Virus record (IMG/VR): IMGVR_UViG_3300037424_000783
Span: 1 to 46,694 of that record
Source of the DNA: a virus
Taxonomy: Duplodnaviria; Caudoviricetes
Length of the DNA stretch: 46,694 bases
Direction: 5' to 3' (one strand)
Shown: positions 36,801 to 46,467 of the stretch, piece after piece
Numbering within the stretch: the first letter of the stretch is position 1
Layout of the letters: the number at the start of each line of letters is the position of its first letter
Notes under the pieces: model-generated
The model's input: only the letters and a program-made list of their open reading frames with translations
What the model was told of the DNA's origin: nothing
Database searches by the model: none
Made by a program: the position numbers and the translations under genes

Positions 36801-38054
36801 ATGTCTGTTACTATGTATGCTATAAGCGGTGTGGGATCTGATACTAATAGCGGATCTACTACTTCTTCTACGCCAAAAGCTAGTGGTACTGGTGCTTCTA
36901 CCATTGTGGGAGCTACGGTAGATTTAAGTGTAGACACGCCAGATCTATCAACAGTTGTGGTTGGCGACACAATACGACTTAATGCCAGGGTTGATGGTAA
37001 AAATAGTAGTGATATATTTGAAATTACTGCCGTAGATGATGGTCTTGATACCGTTAACGTTTCTCCTGCTCCAAATTCCATAACTTCTGGTGTAACTTGG
37101 GCTATAGGTGGGGCTTTTGTGACTTTAGGTAAATTAATATTCTCTGCTAGTGCTGGCGATATATTATATTGCAATGGTATTTTTGATGAATCTATAGACA
37201 TGGTTAATACTACTGCTGCTGGTGCTATAGCGGCAAACGGAGAAGTTAATGCGTTTCCTAGAATAATAGGGTATACAACAACTCCGGGAGACAATGGTAT
37301 GGCTATATTAGATTCTAACAATACAAAATCAAATGCCATTATTCTAAAAAATAATAGTAATTATTGGAGTTTTGAAAATATAAGGATAACTAGATATACT
37401 GGTCAAGGATTTAGATATGCATTTACAACTTTTGCTTCAAGATTTATTAATTGTGAAGTTGATCATTGTGGAGGAACTCTTGCTTTCGGTGTGCCACAAT
37501 ATTCTACTGTTATAGATTGCTACTCACATGACAATGCTGGCAATGGTTTTGAGACACCAGAAATGTCTTTATTTGCAAATTGTGTATGTGTTGCAAATAG
37601 TGGTCATGGGTTCTATGGAACTGGAGGAAACCATTATTATACTTGTTTATCTAAAGCTAATTTATTAAGTGGTTTTTATCAAAGTGATGATGTAAATCAT
37701 AAGAGTCTAATTGTATTTAATTGTATTGTCGATGGTTCTGGTATAACTCAGACTGGTATTCGTATTTCTGATGATGCACAAGTTAGACAAGCTGTGGTAA
37801 TGAATAACATTGTCATAAATTGTGTCAGCGGAATAGTCGCTCAAAGTGATAATGGAATATATAATAATGGTTATAATAATTTAGTTTATAATTGTACAAC
37901 TCCAAGAGTTAATTTTACTGACGTATCCGGCTCTGTCTCTGGAGAGCCATTATTTGTTAATTCGAATATTTTAGATTATACTCCAGCAGTTGGAGGTGCG
38001 CAAATAAGTGCCGGGTTTGATTTAAGATTATCCTCTTGGATTAATTTCGTATAA
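36801..38054 (+). CDS. Right-handed beta-helix (pectin-lyase-like) spike or appendage protein
   Basis: Repeating NC...N.G.G. rungs; C-terminal GEPLFVN...DY...AG. Confidence 0.75.
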   Translation: MSVTMYAISGVGSDTNSGSTTSSTPKASGTGASTIVGATVDLSVDTPDLSTVVVGDTIRLNARVDGKNSSDIFEITAVDDGLDTVNVSPAPNSITSGVTWAIGGAFVTLGKLIFSASAGDILYCNGIFDESIDMVNTTAAGAIAANGEVNAFPRIIGYTTTPGDNGMAILDSNNTKSNAIILKNNSNYWSFENIRITRYTGQGFRYAFTTFASRFINCEVDHCGGTLAFGVPQYSTVIDCYSHDNAGNGFETPEMSLFANCVCVANSGHGFYGTGGNHYYTCLSKANLLSGFYQSDDVNHKSLIVFNCIVDGSGITQTGIRISDDAQVRQAVVMNNIVINCVSGIVAQSDNGIYNNGYNNLVYNCTTPRVNFTDVSGSVSGEPLFVNSNILDYTPAVGGAQISAGFDLRLSSWINFV

Positions 38055-38063
38055 GGAGCAAAT

Positions 38064-38399
38064 ATGTTAATAGAATATGAATATTCTTTAGAAAATCCAA
38101 TATCAATAATAGGTGAATTTGATACTGGCAGGACAGTAAATATAGAGTTGTGGGTGGATGGCGTTCTACAAACTAATATAACGGCAAGCGGTTGTAATGA
38201 GGTTGATTCTACAGGAGACTATACTTGGTCAACTAGTAATATACCATCTCTTTCTGCTAGTATGGTTCAGTACCACTGGAGGATGTCTGATGATTTGGGA
38301 GATGTGGTTGAGGGTGATTTCTTATTAAAATCAGTAGAAGGTACAGACGGATTTATGCCGAGTATTAATAATAAAGATAGTTATATTCTTAAAATTTAA
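38064..38399 (+). CDS. Virion structural protein (Ig-like paralog)
   Basis: AGGAG SD; aligns with the C-half of 36216..36800. Confidence 0.65.
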   Translation: MLIEYEYSLENPISIIGEFDTGRTVNIELWVDGVLQTNITASGCNEVDSTGDYTWSTSNIPSLSASMVQYHWRMSDDLGDVVEGDFLLKSVEGTDGFMPSINNKDSYILKI

Positions 38400-38410
38400 A
38401 GGTAAATAAT

Positions 38411-38959
38411 ATGGCTACTTGGGATGTGGACCTAGTATTAGTGTTAAGAGTTTTGATAGGAGATTTAAATTCTCCTCAAAAGAATTCTGATGCTTATTTG
38501 CAGAGATTACTAATAACAGCAGGCATTATAGCTCAAAATGAAATAGATCTACCATTTGATTATATTTTTGATATAGAAAATATTACTATAACACCAGATC
38601 CTATTGAAGTTGATGATATACTAACACAAGCACTTTTACCATTAAAAGCGGCTTGTATACTTAATCAATCACAATTTCAAATAGCATTAAGTCAAGGGAT
38701 AAAAGTTAGAGATGGAGATAGTGCTATAGATACTAGTGTAGGCTTTAGAGGATATAGAGATATTCTTCAATTCGGTCCATGTGCCGCGTATGCTGCACTT
38801 TTATGGCAAATGCAATCCGCAAATAGTTCCAATATTGGCGGTGCTGTTTTATCTCCATATAGGGGACCAAACGATAGTCCCATAGATACTGTATCGTGGT
38901 TTTACGATGAATTCTTTTCAACAATAAATGGTAGTTGTTCTAGATATGGAAGAATTTAA
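38411..38959 (+). CDS. Head-tail adaptor candidate
   Basis: LRVLIGD...DAYL N-terminus and position after the head genes. Confidence 0.6.
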   Translation: MATWDVDLVLVLRVLIGDLNSPQKNSDAYLQRLLITAGIIAQNEIDLPFDYIFDIENITITPDPIEVDDILTQALLPLKAACILNQSQFQIALSQGIKVRDGDSAIDTSVGFRGYRDILQFGPCAAYAALLWQMQSANSSNIGGAVLSPYRGPNDSPIDTVSWFYDEFFSTINGSCSRYGRI

Positions 38960-39549
38960 TGGCCACATCATCAGGATCAACAAACCTCTTCATTACGGGG
39001 ATTCAAGCCCCACAGCCTCTATCATGTCCCGCTCTCGACCCATTAGCTACAATTCAGATTAGTCAAGAATTAATAGAAATATATCAAGGTAGAATTGACT
39101 CTTTAATAAATCAATTGGGCAAAAATATTCTTTTGGAATTCGATCCTATTAAAGAACCGTGTACTAATTGTGAATTTGATATAATCAGGAATAGGTCCAA
39201 TGGCATATATAAAACTGGTGGATCAATTCCTTTTGCAAGGGGTTCTAAATGTCCATACTGTAAAGGTTTGGGATTTTTAGAAATCAAAACAACAAAATGT
39301 ATAAAATGTTTAATAAAATGGAGACCAAGAGAGTTTAGAAACTTTGGAATATCTATAAACAAAAATTATAATATAGTAAGACTCAAGGGATTTCTAACTG
39401 ATATAGATGATTTTATGAGAGCAAAGACTGCTATAATAGATTATGATATTTCAAATATATTTATGCAAAGAGTAAGATTAATTAAAGGGCCTGTGCCTGT
39501 CGGATTACGTGAAGATAGGTACTGTGTAAGTTATTGGGAATTAATATAA
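38959..39549 (+). CDS. Head-closure/neck protein candidate with Zn finger
   Basis: CTNC...CPYCKGLG; follows the adaptor gene. Confidence 0.6.
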   Translation: MATSSGSTNLFITGIQAPQPLSCPALDPLATIQISQELIEIYQGRIDSLINQLGKNILLEFDPIKEPCTNCEFDIIRNRSNGIYKTGGSIPFARGSKCPYCKGLGFLEIKTTKCIKCLIKWRPREFRNFGISINKNYNIVRLKGFLTDIDDFMRAKTAIIDYDISNIFMQRVRLIKGPVPVGLREDRYCVSYWELI

Positions 39550-39625
39550 TGTTTCAGGATGGTTTAATAGATAAATAATATATAATTTAAATATTGGAAT
39601 TCTTATTTCTGGAAAAATAATATAA

Positions 39626-42600
39626 ATGATAAAAGTTGCTTCAATAAGAACTGGAATACCCATAACGGCAACCCAACAAACGATCACTATACCCAATATA
39701 GGAAATCCAAAAGCTGCAATATTTATACTGAATAGATGTCCAAGCGGAACAACCATAGCGTCAAGCGCTGCATTCAATATAGGATTTGCTAATGATACAA
39801 ATCAATTGTTTCACGCTATAAATTGTGAAGATAATGTTGGAACATCAGATACGCACAGAATGTCTTATGATAGTTTGTGTATGGTTATGCTTAATTCTAC
39901 GGACGGAACCGAAGATTGTAGGGCGTCATTTGTAGAATGGGTTGAAGATGGTGTAACGATAGATTGGGTAATCGCTCCAAGTGATGACTTTACATTGACC
40001 ACAATATTATTTGCTGGCGATGTTAGTGAATTAAATACATATATTGGGACATTTACAACACCAGAAGCATTAAATTCTGGAGTTATTGTTAGTGGCGTTG
40101 GATTTGAACCAGATCAAATTATAGGCATAGGTGGAGGTGGTCCGAATGGATTTGATTTATCTACAAGGGCTGGGGCTTGCTTTAGTTTCGGGATGTGCGA
40201 CAATAATAATGGAATAATAAAACAGGGTTCCATAAATTATTGTAATCTAGATAATCTAGCCGATACATCCATAAAATCATTAGTATCACAAACTTATTTT
40301 GCTCGTGATTTTTCTGGTGATTTCGGTGCCGTAGAACTTGGCGATTTTAATTCTTCTGGATTTACTGCTACGGCAAGAATTAGTGGTGTCGGAATGACTA
40401 TGGGGTTTCTAGCCCTCAAATATAATGGAAATGTTAAACATGATGTTGGATTTATTAGTAGCCCATCTTTTGCTACTGGTATTCAAACAATTAGTGGTGT
40501 CGGGTTTGGTCCACAATTTATAAGTGAATTACAAACAACATGCACCGCATATGACACTCAGACAACAAATGTTGATGCTGGATCAATGGGTATAGCTACA
40601 TTTGGAAGCGGTTTAACAATTCCTAAGTCATTTCAAATGAATCATAATATAAGATCTCAAACAGGTGCAGCTACTAGCAATGAAGATAGTAGAACTTTTG
40701 ACAATACAACATTTCTAAGAAGATCCGATGAATCCTTATCCATTGCTATAACATCGACTTTAAATTCTGTTTATTATGATGGCTATAGTAAAAACTTTTC
40801 TTCTAATATGGGGAATAGACGATGGATAAATTTACTTATAGGCAATCCCATATCTTCTAGTGGCATTGATTTTTATATTAATGGTTATAATATAGACACA
40901 AATAATTTAGATTTATTTATTGTTGGTCATGAAAGTTTGATTTATAGTAGATCGGATGTATATTATGCATATACTAATGACAGTAATGGATTAATTAAAA
41001 AGTCTGATCTTGATTTCAACAATATTACCATTTTGACTTCTGGCGCACCGGCAACCAGCGGAGAATCTGATCATCTTGACATAGATGAAATAAATGATAA
41101 ATTATATTTTGTACAAGATAATCCATCTACAGATTTATTAAGAAGATATGATTTAAATACTGGTACTATAGAGAATTTAACATCGGGTCAAATATCTCAT
41201 ATAAGCTTAGACTCTATTCATAATAGAATTTATGGTCTTAATTTTTTGAATGATGCCGTGCTCTATACAGATTTGAATGGACAAAATGGAATAGTAATAA
41301 CTTCTGGTTCTCCATTTTCTTTAAATCCTATAGATACCGATATTGATCTTATTAATTCAAAAATATACTGGATAGATAGAGAAGTTGGCCATAAAGCTGT
41401 TGTGCGATCTAATTTAGATGGATCGAATATAGAAAATGTTATTACTGGACTTTCTGGAAGTTTAAGATCTTTAGCAGTAGATCACGAAAATAATCAAATA
41501 TTTTGGGGCCTTGATACTCCTTTTAGTGGCGCAACTTTATTGAAAGCTACCACCAGTGGAACCAATATACAAATAATAACTGGAAGCGGACTTGGATTTA
41601 AAGGCTTAGATATAGATTATATAAATCAAAGATTATACGCTCTCGATGAACAATTAGGTCAAATCGTTAGGGTGGGTTTAATAGATAATAGTATAGATTC
41701 TTTTCAATTTCCATTAAGCGGTGTTGAAGCATTAAACAATATAGCAATAGATCAAAGAATATATAAAAGTCTTTTTGTGCATGGTTTTGAAACAATAAAC
41801 GACAATTGTAATTTATTTATATGGGGGCATCAATCTTCTACTGATGATGTAAACTTTTTTATAAATGGGCATATACTACTTAATGGTGATATAGATTTAT
41901 TTGTTTCTGGAATTACGGGCGCAACATTATTTAATAGTGATGTAGATCTATTCGTCAATGGACATGTATTATTTAATAATAATATTGATTTGTTTATACG
42001 GGGTTATGCAACATTTTCTACTGATATAGATTTATACATTAATGGACACCAAAGTTTTAATAACGATATAGATTTGTTTATTTTTGGAATAGGTTTCATT
42101 ACTAATGATATTACATTATTTATATCTTCAATAAATACATCGGCTAATGGAATAGACCTATTTATCTATGGCGTAGATTCTAATTCTAATGATATAGATC
42201 TTATGATTGTTGGTAGTCAATCCCTTAGTAATAATTTACATTTGATAATATTAGGAAAAGATAGCAATTCGGACGATTGTGATTTATTTGTTCACGGAAA
42301 AGATTCAATAACAAATTCTATAGATTTAATAATTGTCGGCGAAGAAAGTTTTAATAATGAATGCAATCTATTTATATACGGACATGTAAGTATCAACACT
42401 ACAATACTTGCGTGGGGTAATAATGTAAACGGTCAAATAGATGTTCCCATTCCAAATAGTGATTTTGTATTGGTTAAAGCATACAACCATAATCTAGGAA
42501 TTAAAACAAATGGATCTATAACAGCTTGGGGAAGAAATGATTTCGGCCAAAGCGATGTACCCGAACCGAATACTGATTTTATAGATGTTGCTACTGGATC

Positions 42601-44002
42601 TAGCCATAGTCTTGGATTGAAAAGTAACGGTTCAATTGTATCGTGGGGGAGAAATAATTTTGGACAATTAAATGTTCCCGCACCCAATACTAATTTTATA
42701 GCTGTTGAGGCGGGCGGGAATCATAGTCTAGGATTAAAATCTGATGGATCAATAGTTGCATGGGGAGATAATTCATTAGGACAATGCACTGTTCCATCTG
42801 GAAATAGTGGATACATAGCTATTTCTGCTGGATCGTTATATAGTTTAGGTCTTAAGGCTGATGGATCTATTGTTGGATGGGGGTATAATGGTTTTGGTCA
42901 GATCACAATTCCTACCCCAAATAATAACTTTATAGCTATATCGGCGGGGAATAATCATGTACTTGGTCTAAAGACTGATGGATCAATAGTCGCATGGGGC
43001 GATAATTTCGAGGGAGAAATTGATGTTCCATTGCCTAATGACAATTTTACTAAAATATCAGCAGGTGCAGAGCATAGCCTTGGGCTTAAAAATGATGGTT
43101 CTATAATTGGTTGGGGAAAAAGTTCCGCAGGACAAATAACTATACCGTCACCAAACACAAGATTTATAGGAGTTGAGGCCGGAGCAAATCATAGCTTGGG
43201 CATATCTGCGCCCATTATTTCATTATTTATTAACGGAATGGACTTACAAGTTGATAGTATAGATTTATCAATAAGTGGTTCTCAAATATTCACTTATAAT
43301 AACAATATTGATTTGTTTATTAGATCAACCGATATCGTTACTAGTGGAATAGACTTAATAATTTTTGGTCCAATTTTTATAAATGACTCAATAGATTTAT
43401 TCATAAAAGTAATTGAAGTTAATAACTTGGATTTATATATAAAAGGTATACAAATACCTAATAATATAGCGTGTCCGTCTTTAGATTTAACTTTACCAAT
43501 ACAAATAAGTAGTGATTTGATTGAAATCTATCAATCTAGAATAGATTCGCTGATAAATCAATTGGGAAAAAATGTATTACTCGAATTTAATCCAATAATT
43601 CAGCCGTGTACAAATTGTGAATTTGACGTTATTTCTGGTAAATCTAAGGGTATTTATAGAACTGGTGGATCAATTCCTTTTGCCAGAGGTCAAAAGTGTC
43701 CATATTGCAAGGGTGCTGGATTTTTAGAACAATCAGTTTATAAGTGTATAAAATGTTTGACACAATGGAATCCAAAAGATGCAGAAAATTATGGAATTTC
43801 TGTAGATGATCCGGCCAGTATAGTAAGACTTAAAGGATTTTTGACAGACGGAGATGATATGGTAAGGGCCAAGGCTGCAATAACTAATCATGACATAGAA
43901 AATGTAACAAAATTCAGAGTTAAATTAATAAGGGGTCCGGTTATTGTTGGGTTAAGAGAATCAAGATACATAATAACATTCTGGAAATTATTGGATAGTT
44001 AA
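39626..44002 (+). CDS. Giant modular virion protein: GVGFxP repeats, YWTD-like propeller, DLFIxG shaft, RCC1 propeller, C-terminal copy of the upstream neck protein
   Basis: KIYWID..RSNLDGS repeats; ~14-aa DLFIxG repeats; about seven AGxxHSLGLKxDGSIVAWG repeats; C-terminal ~175 aa paralogous to 38959..39549. Confidence 0.85.
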   Translation: MIKVASIRTGIPITATQQTITIPNIGNPKAAIFILNRCPSGTTIASSAAFNIGFANDTNQLFHAINCEDNVGTSDTHRMSYDSLCMVMLNSTDGTEDCRASFVEWVEDGVTIDWVIAPSDDFTLTTILFAGDVSELNTYIGTFTTPEALNSGVIVSGVGFEPDQIIGIGGGGPNGFDLSTRAGACFSFGMCDNNNGIIKQGSINYCNLDNLADTSIKSLVSQTYFARDFSGDFGAVELGDFNSSGFTATARISGVGMTMGFLALKYNGNVKHDVGFISSPSFATGIQTISGVGFGPQFISELQTTCTAYDTQTTNVDAGSMGIATFGSGLTIPKSFQMNHNIRSQTGAATSNEDSRTFDNTTFLRRSDESLSIAITSTLNSVYYDGYSKNFSSNMGNRRWINLLIGNPISSSGIDFYINGYNIDTNNLDLFIVGHESLIYSRSDVYYAYTNDSNGLIKKSDLDFNNITILTSGAPATSGESDHLDIDEINDKLYFVQDNPSTDLLRRYDLNTGTIENLTSGQISHISLDSIHNRIYGLNFLNDAVLYTDLNGQNGIVITSGSPFSLNPIDTDIDLINSKIYWIDREVGHKAVVRSNLDGSNIENVITGLSGSLRSLAVDHENNQIFWGLDTPFSGATLLKATTSGTNIQIITGSGLGFKGLDIDYINQRLYALDEQLGQIVRVGLIDNSIDSFQFPLSGVEALNNIAIDQRIYKSLFVHGFETINDNCNLFIWGHQSSTDDVNFFINGHILLNGDIDLFVSGITGATLFNSDVDLFVNGHVLFNNNIDLFIRGYATFSTDIDLYINGHQSFNNDIDLFIFGIGFITNDITLFISSINTSANGIDLFIYGVDSNSNDIDLMIVGSQSLSNNLHLIILGKDSNSDDCDLFVHGKDSITNSIDLIIVGEESFNNECNLFIYGHVSINTTILAWGNNVNGQIDVPIPNSDFVLVKAYNHNLGIKTNGSITAWGRNDFGQSDVPEPNTDFIDVATGSSHSLGLKSNGSIVSWGRNNFGQLNVPAPNTNFIAVEAGGNHSLGLKSDGSIVAWGDNSLGQCTVPSGNSGYIAISAGSLYSLGLKADGSIVGWGYNGFGQITIPTPNNNFIAISAGNNHVLGLKTDGSIVAWGDNFEGEIDVPLPNDNFTKISAGAEHSLGLKNDGSIIGWGKSSAGQITIPSPNTRFIGVEAGANHSLGISAPIISLFINGMDLQVDSIDLSISGSQIFTYNNNIDLFIRSTDIVTSGIDLIIFGPIFINDSIDLFIKVIEVNNLDLYIKGIQIPNNIACPSLDLTLPIQISSDLIEIYQSRIDSLINQLGKNVLLEFNPIIQPCTNCEFDVISGKSKGIYRTGGSIPFARGQKCPYCKGAGFLEQSVYKCIKCLTQWNPKDAENYGISVDDPASIVRLKGFLTDGDDMVRAKAAITNHDIENVTKFRVKLIRGPVIVGLRESRYIITFWKLLDS

Positions 44003-44679
44003 TGATAATAAAGATTGATTTACCGGCAGGATTCGATAAGCAATTAAGCAATGGAGTATCTTCCAATATGATAAAAATATTAGACAATAAATTGGCTATT
44101 AGTGCACAAAAAATATTTGAAAAAATAGGAGATTATATAGCTAGCGTTTTTGAAAAAACGGATGTTGTTAGATCTTTAAGGGGCAAGGGAAGCGTTGATC
44201 TTCCTGCGCATTTTGGGTTATCTGATTCATTGGCTAATGAATTAGTTGATGGTATGGTAAATATAATAATAAATTCTGTATCACTAGGTTCTATAATTAA
44301 ACCAAATGGCGGATCTTTAACAATCAAAGCCGTTAAAACAGATTGGGAAAGTTATCTATCTCTTCCGGGAGCACGGTATATTTCTAAACCATCTAATGCT
44401 ACTATTCCCGTATTGGCATGGATGCTTATTGATCCCGGTATAGATATAGGGCAAGCTGCTTATCAAATAGTATTCGATAATTCTCCTGGATTTAATGCAA
44501 AAGTATCTAGAAGTGGTAGAGCGATAATGAAATCTCTTGAATCCTTGGGGGGTGGAGGAGGATACGTACTTCCTAGTATAATTAGTAAATCTGGTGGAGA
44601 AAATTTTATTGAATTTGCAATAGGACAACCAAATGTAGCACAAAAAGCTGCTGAAATTTTAATAGAGGGGATAATATAA
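44002..44679 (+). CDS. Neck/tail-completion protein candidate
   Basis: Position; SRSGRAIM motif. Confidence 0.55.
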   Translation: MIIKIDLPAGFDKQLSNGVSSNMIKILDNKLAISAQKIFEKIGDYIASVFEKTDVVRSLRGKGSVDLPAHFGLSDSLANELVDGMVNIIINSVSLGSIIKPNGGSLTIKAVKTDWESYLSLPGARYISKPSNATIPVLAWMLIDPGIDIGQAAYQIVFDNSPGFNAKVSRSGRAIMKSLESLGGGGGYVLPSIISKSGGENFIEFAIGQPNVAQKAAEILIEGII

Positions 44680-44680
44680 T

Positions 44681-45613
44681 ATGGGTCTTACATTGAAAGG
44701 TATAAATCTTGGGGGATTTGCGGGATATGAACTTGTTGATCAGCTTCAATATAATTTAAAATTTATTTTAGATTGGGGGTTATTACATCATGGCGGATAT
44801 AACCTATATTTATATGACCAAGATAGTTATTTTGCCGAAAATGAATCTAAATTGCATTCTGTAATAGATGAAAGATATCCCGTAAATTGCGTATGGAATG
44901 GCGTAGGAAGAGAGTGGGTTTGGGAGTCTGGCGTGACACCGATGAGTGGGGGTACTGTTCCGTTTCGGGTATCTGGCGTGTATATTAACGGGACTTTTAT
45001 TCCTTCTTCCGATACTGGTCCATATAGACATCACATAGATTATAGACATGGAAGAATTATATTTGATGAATCACAAAATCCCAACGATGATATAAGAGCG
45101 GAATATTGTAGTAGATCGGTTTATGTTGGATTTGCTGATTCCGAAGAATTTCAAACCCTTATGCTGAATTCAGTAGAAGAATTCCTTACCAATACTGTAC
45201 CGTCTGGCACACCATCTAGGGAACACGAGATATGGCTTCCTTCTATTTTTATAGATGTTGATTCTGGAGAAGGAAGAGGTCTCCAATTGGGTGGTGGACA
45301 AATAAAAACAAGAACCATAAGTTTACATATTTTTGCAGATAATCCAAATGATAGAAATCTTTTAATGGATTGGTTAGACTATAATAATCGTTCTGCTTTT
45401 GTCATGGCGGATTTAAATAGTATTCAATTTCCATTCGATCAATATGGCGATATAGTATCTGGTGCTACTAATTGGATAGATTTAATGAACAATTATCCTT
45501 GGAAGAAAATGAGGATTTTAGAGGGTACTTGCAAAAAATTAAATTCCCTTAATACTAAGTTGTTTCGGGCAATTGTAAAATATAAGGTTGAGATAGATTT
45601 TGGTGGCATATAA
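44681..45613 (+). CDS. Tail terminator/completion protein candidate
   Basis: LPSIFI...LQLGGG...HIFA...DR; last structural gene before the tail tube. Confidence 0.6.
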   Translation: MGLTLKGINLGGFAGYELVDQLQYNLKFILDWGLLHHGGYNLYLYDQDSYFAENESKLHSVIDERYPVNCVWNGVGREWVWESGVTPMSGGTVPFRVSGVYINGTFIPSSDTGPYRHHIDYRHGRIIFDESQNPNDDIRAEYCSRSVYVGFADSEEFQTLMLNSVEEFLTNTVPSGTPSREHEIWLPSIFIDVDSGEGRGLQLGGGQIKTRTISLHIFADNPNDRNLLMDWLDYNNRSAFVMADLNSIQFPFDQYGDIVSGATNWIDLMNNYPWKKMRILEGTCKKLNSLNTKLFRAIVKYKVEIDFGGI

Positions 45614-45647
45614 CTCGAATCGCATAAAACTGGTGTATAAATATATT

Positions 45648-46421
45648 ATGAGATCCGATATTTGGAATCCAACAGTAGATATTGCCAAAAAGGTTATTCA
45701 GGATTATAAATCCGGAATTTCTGCTCGTCAACTTGGCTTTAAGAATAATGTAGCAGATGTTACTGTTACAGATTTTCTTAAAAGAAATAATATCTTTATA
45801 AGAAATCGAAGTAATGCTAAAAGGACTAATCAAATAAATGAAACTATTTTTGATGAAATAAATGAAGAATCAGCTTATTGGATAGGTTTTATATTGTCCG
45901 ATGGTAATATTTATTATCCTAAAAATAGGTCAAAACAGCTTAATTTTGGATTAAAAGAATCAGATTGGGAACATCTAGAAAAATTCAAAAAGTTTATTGG
46001 ATCAGACAAGCCTTTATACCGGAATAATAATAGTGTATTTGTAAGTTTCTATTCTAATAAAATAGTTGATAAATTAGAAGAATATGGAATTACACAAAGA
46101 AAAAGTAATACTGCTAAAGTTCCAGAACAATTGAAGAATAATATACATTTTTGGAGAGGTATGATTGATGGCGATGGTTGGGTTTCTAATAATATAGGTA
46201 TATGTGGAACTTTAGATGTCGTAAATAATTTTAAGAACTTCATTAAGACTAAAAATAAGGTATGTATTAAGCAAGAAAATTTTGGAGAGATTAAAATATA
46301 TGGTAAGTTAGCCTCAGATATTTGTTACTTATTATATAATAACTCTAACATTTATTTAGATAGAAAATTTGCAAATGCTAAAGATTTGTGTTCCAAATAT
46401 AATTTGTGTATAAATAATTAG
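45648..46421 (+). CDS. LAGLIDADG homing endonuclease (free-standing)
   Basis: AYWIGFILSDGNI and HFWRGMIDGDGWV; LDRK; GTGTATAA 7 nt before ATG. Confidence 0.9.
   Translation: MRSDIWNPTVDIAKKVIQDYKSGISARQLGFKNNVADVTVTDFLKRNNIFIRNRSNAKRTNQINETIFDEINEESAYWIGFILSDGNIYYPKNRSKQLNFGLKESDWEHLEKFKKFIGSDKPLYRNNNSVFVSFYSNKIVDKLEEYGITQRKSNTAKVPEQLKNNIHFWRGMIDGDGWVSNNIGICGTLDVVNNFKNFIKTKNKVCIKQENFGEIKIYGKLASDICYLLYNNSNIYLDRKFANAKDLCSKYNLCINN
46406..46413 (+). promoter_or_regulatory. GTGTATAA late promoter-like motif
   Basis: At the end of the endonuclease gene, upstream of the tail tube gene. Confidence 0.55.
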
Positions 46422-46467
46422 CTTGGATAAGTTAAATAGGCTTTAAAGTATAATTGGAGAAATTAAA

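Noticed and set aside
36782-37339. 185-aa antisense ORF and other minus-strand ORFs within the structural module
   Set aside because: Shadows of well-supported plus-strand genes with no SD or recognisable motifs
38959-44002. Diversity-generating retroelement TR/VR pair
   Set aside because: Differences between the copies are not adenine-specific, both copies are coding, and no reverse transcriptase is present in the window
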